DNA from: Candidatus Heimdallarchaeota archaeon
GTDB taxonomy: Archaea > Asgardarchaeota > Heimdallarchaeia > Heimdallarchaeales > Heimdallarchaeaceae
Assembly (NCBI GenBank): GCA_030668875.1
Contig: DAOVER010000004.1
Span: 1-32,000, forward strand
Reading direction: 5' to 3'
DNA: 32,000 nucleotides
The position numbers were made by a program, and so were the translations under genes. Shown here one piece after another: positions 10,256 through 18,400 of the stretch. Positions within the stretch are counted from its first letter, which is position 1; each line of letters begins with the position of its first letter. The notes under the pieces were generated by a model, which did no database searches, had not been told where the DNA came from, and saw only the letters and a program-made list of their open reading frames with translations.

Positions 10256-10277
10256 GCTTTGTTCACAAGAATATAGC

Positions 10278-10294
10278 AGATAAATAATTTATCT
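10278..10294. promoter_or_regulatory. Inverted repeat AGATAAA-TAA-TTTATCT, candidate operator of the ahpD-like gene
   Basis: Perfect 7-bp arms with 3-bp spacer, 23-39 nt upstream of ATG 10255, adjoining a TATA-like TTATAAGA on the minus strand. Confidence 0.35.
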
Positions 10295-10351
10295 TATAAC
10301 ACTAAATGAGAATTTTACAAAATAAAAATAAAAAGAAGGAAAAAAGAGGTG

Positions 10352-11392
10352 CTATATTTCTGGAAAGTGGCATGCCACGAAGTGACCTGGTTCCAATTCA
10401 TCCAAAGTTGGTGTGACCTGAGAGCATATCTCTTGAGCTTTGTAACATCTTGGGTGGAAAGGACAACCAGAGGGAGGATTAATAGGACTGGGGACGTCAC
10501 CCTCAAGAATAATACGGTCCATCTTAATTCTGGGATCGGGGCGAGGGATAGCAGAGAGAAGAGAAACAGAATAAGGATGAGCAGTTTTCCTGAAAAGTTC
10601 ACCAGTAGGAGACATTTCCATAATCTTGCCAAGATACATGACAGCAACACGATCAGATACGTGTTTAATAACGCTCAAATCGTGTGCAATAAACATGTAA
10701 GTTAGATTAAATTCTACTTGCAAATCATGAAGAAGGTTAAGTATCTGAGCTTGAACTGAGACATCAAGTGCTGAAACTGGTTCATCCAGTAAAACTACTT
10801 CAGGATGGATAGCTAAAGCTCTTGCAATACCAATCCTCTGCCTTTGACCTCCACTAAATTCGTGAGGATAACGCAAAGCATGGTAATCTTCTAATCCTAC
10901 TTTTGTAAGAATTTCAAGAACTCTGGATTCCTTTTCCTCATAGGTCATATCAGGGAAATGTATGTCAAACGGTTCTTTGATAAGATCAAGGACCATTCTT
11001 CTTGGATTCAAGCTGGAATAAGGATCTTGGAAAACCATTTGTAATTGACGTTTAATCGCTAATTCTTCTTCTCTTGTCATTGGTTGGAAAATATCTATGC
11101 CTTTAAAGTAAATAGAACCTTCAGTGGGTTCCTCAAGTTTAACAGTAACTCTAGCAGTGGTGCTTTTTCCACAACCAGATTCACCTACAAGACCAAGAGT
11201 CTCTCCTTTGTTCAAAAAGAGATTAACTCCATCAACAGCTTTAATTTGAGCAACAACTCTGGAAAAGAGAATAGATTGTTCGCTAATGGGGAACCATTTC
11301 TTCAAATTGATGAGATTGATAATCGGATCGGTTTTAGGGTTCCACCCAGAAAACAAATCTATTACTTCATATTCTTCAAAAGTACTTACCAT
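10352..11392 (-). CDS. oppF: Oligopeptide/dipeptide ABC transporter ATP-binding subunit (OppF/DppF)
   Basis: GESGCGKST Walker A, QMVFQDP, FSGGQRQR, LLDEP, IAHDL, C-terminal HPY and GCPFHPRC motifs. Confidence 0.95.
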   Translation of the reverse strand: MVSTFEEYEVIDLFSGWNPKTDPIINLINLKKWFPISEQSILFSRVVAQIKAVDGVNLFLNKGETLGLVGESGCGKSTTARVTVKLEEPTEGSIYFKGIDIFQPMTREEELAIKRQLQMVFQDPYSSLNPRRMVLDLIKEPFDIHFPDMTYEEKESRVLEILTKVGLEDYHALRYPHEFSGGQRQRIGIARALAIHPEVVLLDEPVSALDVSVQAQILNLLHDLQVEFNLTYMFIAHDLSVIKHVSDRVAVMYLGKIMEMSPTGELFRKTAHPYSVSLLSAIPRPDPRIKMDRIILEGDVPSPINPPSGCPFHPRCYKAQEICSQVTPTLDELEPGHFVACHFPEI

Positions 11393-11397
11393 CTTAA

Positions 11398-12438
11398 TTA
11401 GGTCTCCTCTTTAATACTTGTTCTTTCTTTCATAGTAGAGTCATCAACGTGTAAATCTAATTCCTCAAAGTGGTGACATTGAACACGACGACCTTTTTGT
11501 TTGTCGATAATAACATCAGGAGGACGCTCACGCATACAGATTTCAGTAGCGAATTTACAACGAGGATGAAAACGACAACCCTTGGGAGGATTGATAAGTC
11601 TAGGAACAAGACCAGGAATAGTAGCAAGACGATGCTTGTCCTTTTCGAGACTGGGGATAGAATCGAAAAGAGCACGAGTGTAAGGGTGTTTAGGATCAAT
11701 GAAAATGTCCTCAGTAGGACCGGACTCAACGACACGACCACCATAAAAGATGTGAACACGTTTAGTGGTTTCGGCGACAACACCAAGGTTGTGGGTGATG
11801 AGCATCATAGCAAGGCCGTGCTTCTTCTGCATCTCCTTGATGAGTTCGAGGATTTGAGCCTGAATAGTAACATCCAAAGCTGTTGTTGGTTCGTCGGCTA
11901 TTAGAAGGCTTGGTTGGAGTGCTAGAGCCCTCGCTATGAAAATTCTTTGTCTTTGTCCTCCACTGAATTGATGTGGGTAATCTTTTATTCTTGCTGCTGC
12001 GTCTGCTATTCCTACTTGTTCCAATGCTTCTAATGCATACTCCAGTGCTTCCCTTCTACTACAGTTTCTATGTAGCGCTATTACTTCTGTCATTTGGTCG
12101 TCTATTTTGAATATTGGATTTAGACTTGTCATTGGGTCTTGGAATATCATTGCTATTTCCTTTCCCCTTATTTTTCTCATTTGCAAATCTGGTAGTTCTA
12201 GTAAATCTACTCCTTTGTAGATTATTTTTCCTGCAACTGTCTTACCGTTTTTATCAAGAATTCTCAGGGTTGATTTCGCTGTTACTGTCTTTCCACAACC
12301 TGATTCTCCTACAATTCCTACGGGTTCTCCTTGATATACATCAAAAGATACCCCATCTAGTGCTTCTACCACTCCCGATTCGGTATAAAAGTAAGTATAG
12401 ATATCTTGTACGTCTAGTATTGTCTTTGCCATTTTCAT
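11398..12438 (-). CDS. oppD: Oligopeptide/dipeptide ABC transporter ATP-binding subunit (OppD/DppD)
   Basis: GESGCGKT, MIFQDPMTSLNP, FSGGQRQR, IADEPTTALDV, ITHNL, HPYT, GCRFHPRC. Confidence 0.95.
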   Translation of the reverse strand: MKMAKTILDVQDIYTYFYTESGVVEALDGVSFDVYQGEPVGIVGESGCGKTVTAKSTLRILDKNGKTVAGKIIYKGVDLLELPDLQMRKIRGKEIAMIFQDPMTSLNPIFKIDDQMTEVIALHRNCSRREALEYALEALEQVGIADAAARIKDYPHQFSGGQRQRIFIARALALQPSLLIADEPTTALDVTIQAQILELIKEMQKKHGLAMMLITHNLGVVAETTKRVHIFYGGRVVESGPTEDIFIDPKHPYTRALFDSIPSLEKDKHRLATIPGLVPRLINPPKGCRFHPRCKFATEICMRERPPDVIIDKQKGRRVQCHHFEELDLHVDDSTMKERTSIKEET

Positions 12439-13536
12439 CTACTCTCTCAATCTTGGATCTAGTGCATCCCTTAATGCGTCTCCTAGTAAGTTGAACGCTA
12501 ATACTACAAAGAATATCGCAAAACCTGGTAGTAATGCTAATTCTGGATTCGTTTTCAGCACTGTTTGTGCATCATTTACCATCTGTCCCCACGATATTGT
12601 CGTCGGACTTCCTAAACCAAGAAATGTTAACCCTGCTTCTGCCAAGATTCCCCCCGCAATATTTAGTGTTGCAATTACAATTATTGGTGCTAAAATATTT
12701 GGTATAATGTGCACCATAATTATTCTCCGATTACTTGCACCAAGTACTCTTGCAGCATTTACATAATCTAGGTTATAGATTTGTTTCGTATTTGCATTTA
12801 CAAGTCTCGTTAGACCTGCCCATCCAAATATTCCCAATACGACAATAATAACTACTGACTGTGGTATTTGACGAAGGAATACTAATCTTCCTCTTCGGAT
12901 GAAAGATACAGCAAGGATTGCTATAACTAAAAAGGGTAGTGCGAGGAACATATCTGTGATTCTCATGATAACTTCTTCTGTCCATCCTCTATAATATCCT
13001 GCTAATGCTCCCAAGGTAACTCCTATAACTACTGATAGGACACTTGAAAATAAACCTACAGTTAGAGATACTTCACTGCCTGCCAATAGTCTTGAGAATT
13101 CATCTCTACCTAAAATATCTGTTCCACCTGGGTACTTAAGATTAGGATTTGAAAGAGATCCTCCTCCATTCCATGCATCAAATAAGGGTGTTGTTCCTAT
13201 TGGGCTATATGGCATTAAGAGTGGGTAGAAAATAGCTAATAGAATTACGCTTACCACTAAAATAGCTGATAACATAGCAATTCTATTTTTCTTGTATCTT
13301 CTCCAGACTAATGACCATTGAGAAGGACTTCTTTCTCTCAATGTTCCGTCCTTAGCTATAATTACCGTATCTTTTCCGGTAACTAACTGTGTTAGTTTCT
13401 TGAAGAAATTAGCAACGGCAATATATATACAGGCAATAAAACCAGCCCAAATCATAGATCTTGGTAGCCTCTTTTCTATCATGTATTTGTCCAAAGTTTC
13501 TCTGAATTTTTGTCTTTGTGTTTCTACTTTTTGCAT
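12439..13536 (-). CDS. oppC: Oligopeptide ABC transporter permease (OppC/DppC) with N-terminal extension
   Basis: GTDILGRD, SL.VG, YVNAARVLGAS (EAA loop), HIIPN, EAGLTFLGLG, SWG.M, LGDALRDALDPR. Confidence 0.95.
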   Translation of the reverse strand: MQKVETQRQKFRETLDKYMIEKRLPRSMIWAGFIACIYIAVANFFKKLTQLVTGKDTVIIAKDGTLRERSPSQWSLVWRRYKKNRIAMLSAILVVSVILLAIFYPLLMPYSPIGTTPLFDAWNGGGSLSNPNLKYPGGTDILGRDEFSRLLAGSEVSLTVGLFSSVLSVVIGVTLGALAGYYRGWTEEVIMRITDMFLALPFLVIAILAVSFIRRGRLVFLRQIPQSVVIIVVLGIFGWAGLTRLVNANTKQIYNLDYVNAARVLGASNRRIIMVHIIPNILAPIIVIATLNIAGGILAEAGLTFLGLGSPTTISWGQMVNDAQTVLKTNPELALLPGFAIFFVVLAFNLLGDALRDALDPRLRE

Positions 13537-13554
13537 TTTTTGACCACCTAATTT

Positions 13555-16167
13555 CTACAATTCAATTCTTGGATCTACCGCCACATAGATTATATCCGTC
13601 ACTAGATTCCCTAATAGAATCAGTATCGTCAGTATTGCTACCGTGCCAAGTATCATCGGGAAGTCGAGAAGACCGATAGCCGATACATATTTGAATCCTA
13701 GTCCTGGCCATGTGAAGAGTGTTTCTGTAATTGGAGCTCCAGCTAATGCTGTAGCTAGGAACAATCCTACGTAGGTAACAACTGGAATCAATGTGTTTCT
13801 AAAGGCATGTTTCCATGTAATGATTCTCTCAGAAATACCATTAGCTCTTGCTGCTAAAATATAGTCTTGTCTTAATACCTCTAACATAGTTGATCTTACT
13901 AATCTTGAATATATTGCCATGAAATTGAACAGCAAAGTAACTGTTGGAAGGACCATGTGAATGAGAGAGTCACCTAACCTTAACGTTACATTTCCCCACC
14001 ACGTTACCCATTCGCCGCCCCAGAATAAGTCCCAATTCACACCACTGAATACTGGTGTTGGTGCGGGTATTCTATGAGCTTTTGCTGCTGGGAACCACCC
14101 TAATCCATAACCACTAAAGATGTAGATTAGAACTAGACCAAAGACGAATATTGGCATTGATTGTCCCAATAATGCAAGAGAGCTTGACATTGAGTCAACC
14201 CATGTATTATGGTTCTTAGCTGCTAAAACTCCTAATGGAATGGAAACCATTAATGATAATACAAACGCTAATAATTGTAGTTTTAGTGTTTCCCAGACTA
14301 ATCCACCGATCATGTCATTTATTGCTTGACCTGATTGGAAACTGGTTCCCATGTCTCCATGTAAGAGATTATAGAACCACATAATGAACTGTACATAGAT
14401 TGGTTGATCTAGCCCTAATTTCCGCGTTAGATTTATTCGATCTTGTTCTGTTGTTCTTTGTTTACCAAGTAACAATAAGGCTACTGGGTCACCTAAACCA
14501 CTTACCATCACAAACGTTAGAACACAAACTGCAATGAATAGGGGAATAAGAGTCAATAAACGCCGGGTAATATATGTTGTTAAACGCAAATTAGCAACAT
14601 TTTTTATCCATTTGAATATGCTTGTTTCTCCCATTTTTCTAACTTTTTCAGAACTAATTGGTTTTTGCCAGTTAACAGGCAAAAATATTCCTGTTATAAG
14701 CACTATTATTCCGATTGTAAAAATATAGAAACCAGCACCTATGAAACCGTTTAATTCAATATTAAAGAAGGATGGAGAACTGTCATTCGGATTAAATGTT
14801 ATTGGTGTAACTGATAATGCTGTTTGACCATCAACTACTGCTACGTAGGTTTCTGCAGCAATATACAGTGATCGGTTCATCGCAATTATCGCCGCAATCA
14901 GTCCACTAAGCAATAATATTACTGCAACAATATCCGCAGCTAAACCTTTTGACTTAAAACCTCCACTTTGGAAGACTTGACCTAAGCCTGCAAATAACAA
15001 TGCAAACACTAGTAAGAACCAGATAACTGCAGATAGAATCACAATACTGGCAGGAACTTCTCCACTAATAAGTTGAGCATCTGCAGAATATCCTGTAGAA
15101 TTATAAGTAAGGGTTCTATATTGAATACTGAAACCCATAACTTGAACAAGATTCCCTCCAGTATCGTTGTTTATCCTTGGTCTTACTTGGAATATTAATA
15201 ATCCTGTGCTATCATCTACAATGTAGGCGTGCTCATTAACGATGTAAATGCTATTGGGTACTCCTTCTATATCATATGATGCTTCAAGTACAGGATCTGT
15301 TGGATCCTCTACAACAATAATCTGTAATCCTGTTTCTGCGTCAATAACATACGCAAATCCATTTTCAACAAATATGCCTTTACCATCACCAGCTAAATCA
15401 TAACTACCCATCAAAACTGGGTCAGTTACATCTGTTACATTTAGTATTGTTAAACCAAAACCTTCGCCTACAATGAAAGCATATCCTCCTTGTATGACGA
15501 AATCATTTGCAATACCATTTGTATTATAACTTCCTTCTAGTGTTGGATTTGTTATATTTGATATGTTCAATATTAATAGACCACTTGTCTCATCCAGAAT
15601 AAACGCATAATCCCCATGAATGAAAACATCTTGTGCTATACCGGTTGTTTCGTAACTTCCTTCTAGTGTTGGATTTGTTACATCTGTCACATTCAAAATT
15701 GTTAGTCCTGTATCGGCATCTGTAACGTATGCATAACCATCTTTTACGTATACTTCATTACCTCCTCCTGTGAGATTGTAATATCCTGCCAATGTTGGAC
15801 TTGATGCTATAGTAACATTCACAATCAATAATCCGGTAATTGAGTCTGTTACATAGGCGTACCCATCTTCAACATGTACTCCTTTGCTGTCTCCTGCAGT
15901 AGTATATGTCCCTGTCAGACTAGGGGAAGTTGGGTTGGATGCGTTAAAAACAAGCATTCCTGCATTCACATCAGCTACATAAATCATACCGTTTTTATAA
16001 AAAACATCATTTGCTCCGCCCGCAATACTGTAGTGAGACGAGGCAATTATTGGTTCTGGTTCTATAGTTGTTGAATCAAATGAAATATGATATAACGGTA
16101 CAAAGGCTGCCGTAAATAATAGGATAGCTCCGACAACTTTAAGTGAAATAGCTACACTTTTATCCAT
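13555..16167 (-). CDS. oppB: OppB/DppB permease fused to an N-terminal four-TM module containing a seven-bladed LVIVD beta-propeller
   Basis: C-terminal ~345 aa: YITRRLL, PGDP-like LGDP, LGLDQP..VQF, GDMGTS, MLEVLRQDYILAARANG, HAFRN, ETLFTWPGLG, DPRI; aa ~43-328 contain seven ~42-aa repeats. Confidence 0.92.
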   Translation of the reverse strand: MDKSVAISLKVVGAILLFTAAFVPLYHISFDSTTIEPEPIIASSHYSIAGGANDVFYKNGMIYVADVNAGMLVFNASNPTSPSLTGTYTTAGDSKGVHVEDGYAYVTDSITGLLIVNVTIASSPTLAGYYNLTGGGNEVYVKDGYAYVTDADTGLTILNVTDVTNPTLEGSYETTGIAQDVFIHGDYAFILDETSGLLILNISNITNPTLEGSYNTNGIANDFVIQGGYAFIVGEGFGLTILNVTDVTDPVLMGSYDLAGDGKGIFVENGFAYVIDAETGLQIIVVEDPTDPVLEASYDIEGVPNSIYIVNEHAYIVDDSTGLLIFQVRPRINNDTGGNLVQVMGFSIQYRTLTYNSTGYSADAQLISGEVPASIVILSAVIWFLLVFALLFAGLGQVFQSGGFKSKGLAADIVAVILLLSGLIAAIIAMNRSLYIAAETYVAVVDGQTALSVTPITFNPNDSSPSFFNIELNGFIGAGFYIFTIGIIVLITGIFLPVNWQKPISSEKVRKMGETSIFKWIKNVANLRLTTYITRRLLTLIPLFIAVCVLTFVMVSGLGDPVALLLLGKQRTTEQDRINLTRKLGLDQPIYVQFIMWFYNLLHGDMGTSFQSGQAINDMIGGLVWETLKLQLLAFVLSLMVSIPLGVLAAKNHNTWVDSMSSSLALLGQSMPIFVFGLVLIYIFSGYGLGWFPAAKAHRIPAPTPVFSGVNWDLFWGGEWVTWWGNVTLRLGDSLIHMVLPTVTLLFNFMAIYSRLVRSTMLEVLRQDYILAARANGISERIITWKHAFRNTLIPVVTYVGLFLATALAGAPITETLFTWPGLGFKYVSAIGLLDFPMILGTVAILTILILLGNLVTDIIYVAVDPRIEL
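15184..16040 (-). repeat. Seven LVIVD-type coding repeats (~126 bp period), including a 28-bp exact direct repeat at 15527-15554 and 15653-15680
   Basis: Repeat consensus G.a.dV.v.ggYAyv.d...GL.IlNvtd.tnP.L.GsY; TAACTTCCTTCTAGTGTTGGATTTGTTA occurs twice 126 bp apart. Confidence 0.9.
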
Positions 16168-16229
16168 AATGAATCACTCGAGTGTGTATGAACAGATTAC
16201 CTATTCGTTGTTTAACTCTCACTGAAGTT

Positions 16230-16244
16230 TTTATAAATGTTGTC
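16230..16244 (-). promoter_or_regulatory. BRE-TATA promoter of the opp operon
   Basis: Minus strand GACAACA-TTTATAAA, 63 nt before ATG 16167; GAGTGA SD-like site near the start. Confidence 0.5.
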
Positions 16245-16463
16245 GCAATTTAGATGAATCAATACAACCATTAGAATAAATTTTGTAGAAGAATGAAAAT
16301 AAATATCTTTAGACAATGCTATTTTAAGTCTTGAGTCAATGAGACAGAAAAGTTCAATGTTTTTATTTAAACAAAAGATAATTTATTGCAAAAAAATTAT
16401 TTTTTGATTCATCATCAAAAATGAGCAGATTTTAACGAACTATCTGAAGTAGATTGCTAACAA

Positions 16464-16477
16464 AAAACATTTAAAGA
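16464..16477 (+). promoter_or_regulatory. BRE-TATA promoter of tRNA-Val
   Basis: AAAACATTTAAAGA about 40 nt before the tRNA; identical 14-mer at 18357-18370. Confidence 0.6.
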
Positions 16478-16515
16478 AAGTAAGACTGAAAAGAACGAGC
16501 TAAAACATTACCAAA

Positions 16516-16593
16516 GGGGTGGTGATCTAGCTCGGTTATGATATCTCCTTGACGTGGAGAAAGTCGGCGGTTCGAATCCGCCCCACCCCACCA
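16516..16593 (+). tRNA. trnV: tRNA-Val (GAC), CCA encoded
   Basis: Acceptor GGGGTGG/CCACCCC, D arm ATCT..TGAT of archaeal Val type, anticodon arm TCTCC-TTGACGT-GGAGA, T arm GGCGG-TTCGAAT-CCGCC, A73, CCA. Confidence 0.96.
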
Positions 16594-16849
16594 CCATTTC
16601 TATGTTTTTCTTTACTCAAATAATTCCTTTACACTAAGATATCTTTGTCCTGTATCAGCTAATGCCGTCACAATGACTTTGTTTATATTTTCTTTCCTTT
16701 TGGCTATTTATTCTACAGTTTTACACGTTACGCCAGAAGATATTGATTTTGGCAAAACAGACCTCTTGATTTTATCTGCTAAATTTCAGCATACTAAAGG
16801 GTTTAATATTTGAGCATATTATAAATGTAAACAAGTAATAGGTGAGGAA

Positions 16850-17803
16850 ATGGATTTCGTAAAGGAGGCTAAAAAAGCTGAAAAAAGGATTCGCAGCTAT
16901 ATTAGGAAAACTCCGTTAGAATATTCTCCGTTCTTAAGTAAAGAAGGCAAGAACAAAACCTACCTAAAGTTAGAAAATTTACAGCTCACTGGTTCATTTA
17001 AAATCCGTGGAGCTATAAATAAAATATTATCTCTCACGTTAGAAGATAGAGAAAAAGGGGTTATAACTTCGTCTTCTGGGAACCATGGTGCAGCTTTTGC
17101 TTATATTGCAGAAAAACTTGCTATTGATGGGACAATCTATCTACCTAAAAATGCTTCAAAAGCTAAAATTGCTTCACTTAAGAGCTATGGGGTCAATCTA
17201 GAATTTTATGGCTATGATTGTGTTCAAACTGAAACTCATGCGAGAAATCTCTCTCTAGAACAGGGAGTGGTTTTTGTTTCACCTTATAATGATTCTGAAA
17301 TTATTGCTGGTCAAGCTACAATTGGAATAGAACTTCTTGAGCAATTGGCGGATACAGATGTTGTTCTTGTACCTGTTGGTGGAGGAGGTTTGATATCCGG
17401 AATTGCTGGTTATTTAAAATCCGTTAACAAGAATATTGAAGTGATTGGATGCCAACCCATTAATTCAGCTATTATGAATGAATCTATAAAACAAGGGAAA
17501 ATTGTTACTATTGAATCATTAGACACAATATCAGATGGAACAGCTGGAGGAATTGAAGAGAACTCCATCACATTTAATTTTTGTAAGAAGTATGTAGATG
17601 ATTTCATCCTTGTTTCAGAATTAGAAATAAAAGAATCAATCAGGTTGGTGCTACAGCACCACCATATGTTAATAGAGGGAGCAGCCGCATTGACTGTTTC
17701 TTCCTACCTCAAAAACAAGAGTAAATTTAAAGGAAAAAACGTGGTTTTAGTTATTAGTGGTGCGAAAATTAGCTTAGAGAAACTGAAGGAAATACTATGT
17801 TAA
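16850..17803 (+). CDS. PLP-dependent threonine/serine dehydratase (fold type II, no ACT domain)
   Basis: LKLENLQLTGSFKIRGA (PLP Lys), SSGNHG, PYND, GQATIG.E, VPVGGGGL, EGAAA, SG.K; AGGTGAGG SD upstream. Confidence 0.9.
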   Translation: MDFVKEAKKAEKRIRSYIRKTPLEYSPFLSKEGKNKTYLKLENLQLTGSFKIRGAINKILSLTLEDREKGVITSSSGNHGAAFAYIAEKLAIDGTIYLPKNASKAKIASLKSYGVNLEFYGYDCVQTETHARNLSLEQGVVFVSPYNDSEIIAGQATIGIELLEQLADTDVVLVPVGGGGLISGIAGYLKSVNKNIEVIGCQPINSAIMNESIKQGKIVTIESLDTISDGTAGGIEENSITFNFCKKYVDDFILVSELEIKESIRLVLQHHHMLIEGAAALTVSSYLKNKSKFKGKNVVLVISGAKISLEKLKEILC

Positions 17804-17812
17804 TCTAAAGTT

Positions 17813-18334
17813 TTAGTATTCATGGATTTTAGTTAACTTTAGTTCTTCTTTATTCTGTACCATCTCTATCTCAATTACCTTAGTTTTCTTTTCCTTAAGT
17901 AAGAGTTCTGATATCATGTAATAGTCAGAAGGAACAATTTGATCTTTCATTGAGTTAATGTCCTTTAAAGTAAACCATTTCAACTCTCCTTCGTCTGTTG
18001 GAGATAACTTTCCTTCTTCTGTACTCACTTGACACACAATGATTATAAAATGCCGAACATTGCTTTCTTTGTCTACTTCTATCAATCTTTCATTTAATGT
18101 TCCTTTAATTCCTTCCCACTTAACTTCTAATCCTGTCTCTTCAAATATTTCTCGTAAGATGGCTTCTTTTAGTTCTTCATTCTTTTCTAATTTACCACCA
18201 ACTAAAGCCCACTTCTTCTGATAGTCTCCTTTGCTGCGATTAATCAACAACCATTTTTCTCCCCATCTGATTCCTGCTACAACAATATTTAGGATATTGT
18301 TTTTCATCTTGATAAGGAGAGAAAATAACATCAA
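17813..18334 (-). CDS. NUDIX hydrolase (probable start ATG 18307)
   Basis: Nudix box GGKLEKNEELKEAILREIFEETGL; EGELKWF. Confidence 0.9.
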   Translation of the reverse strand: MMLFSLLIKMKNNILNIVVAGIRWGEKWLLINRSKGDYQKKWALVGGKLEKNEELKEAILREIFEETGLEVKWEGIKGTLNERLIEVDKESNVRHFIIIVCQVSTEEGKLSPTDEGELKWFTLKDINSMKDQIVPSDYYMISELLLKEKKTKVIEIEMVQNKEELKLTKIHEY

Positions 18335-18356
18335 AAACTTTTTCCTTCAGATTCAT

Positions 18357-18370
18357 AAAACATTTAAAGA
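18357..18370 (+). promoter_or_regulatory. BRE-TATA promoter of the 18401-24324 operon
   Basis: AAAACATTTAAAGA ends 31 nt before ATG 18401; identical to the tRNA-Val promoter 14-mer. Confidence 0.55.
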
Positions 18371-18400
18371 TTCATATTCCAAATTCTTTAGCGAAGCCCA

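Noticed and set aside
10315-12766. Shadow ORFs over the opp genes (10315, 10349, 11084, 11457, 11470, 12114, 12491)
   Set aside because: They overlap well-conserved ABC genes; those at 11457-11904 are a likely by-product of the T/C-ending codon patch, which depletes stops in other frames
15184-16040. Periodic DNA repeats considered as a CRISPR array
   Set aside because: The period is 126 bp and in frame within a CDS; spacers are homologous and there are no cas genes
16175-16184. 10-bp palindrome CACTCGAGTG in the opp leader
   Set aside because: Single short instance overlapping the SD-like site; not distinguishable from chance
7253-16593. Possible integrated element bounded by the two tRNAs
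   Set aside because: No integrase, no duplicated tRNA 3' end (att site), and the cargo is ordinary metabolic genes
16673-16813. 46-aa ORF with hydrophobic N-terminus after tRNA-Val
   Set aside because: No SD or promoter evident; hydrophobicity follows from a T-rich terminator-like tract
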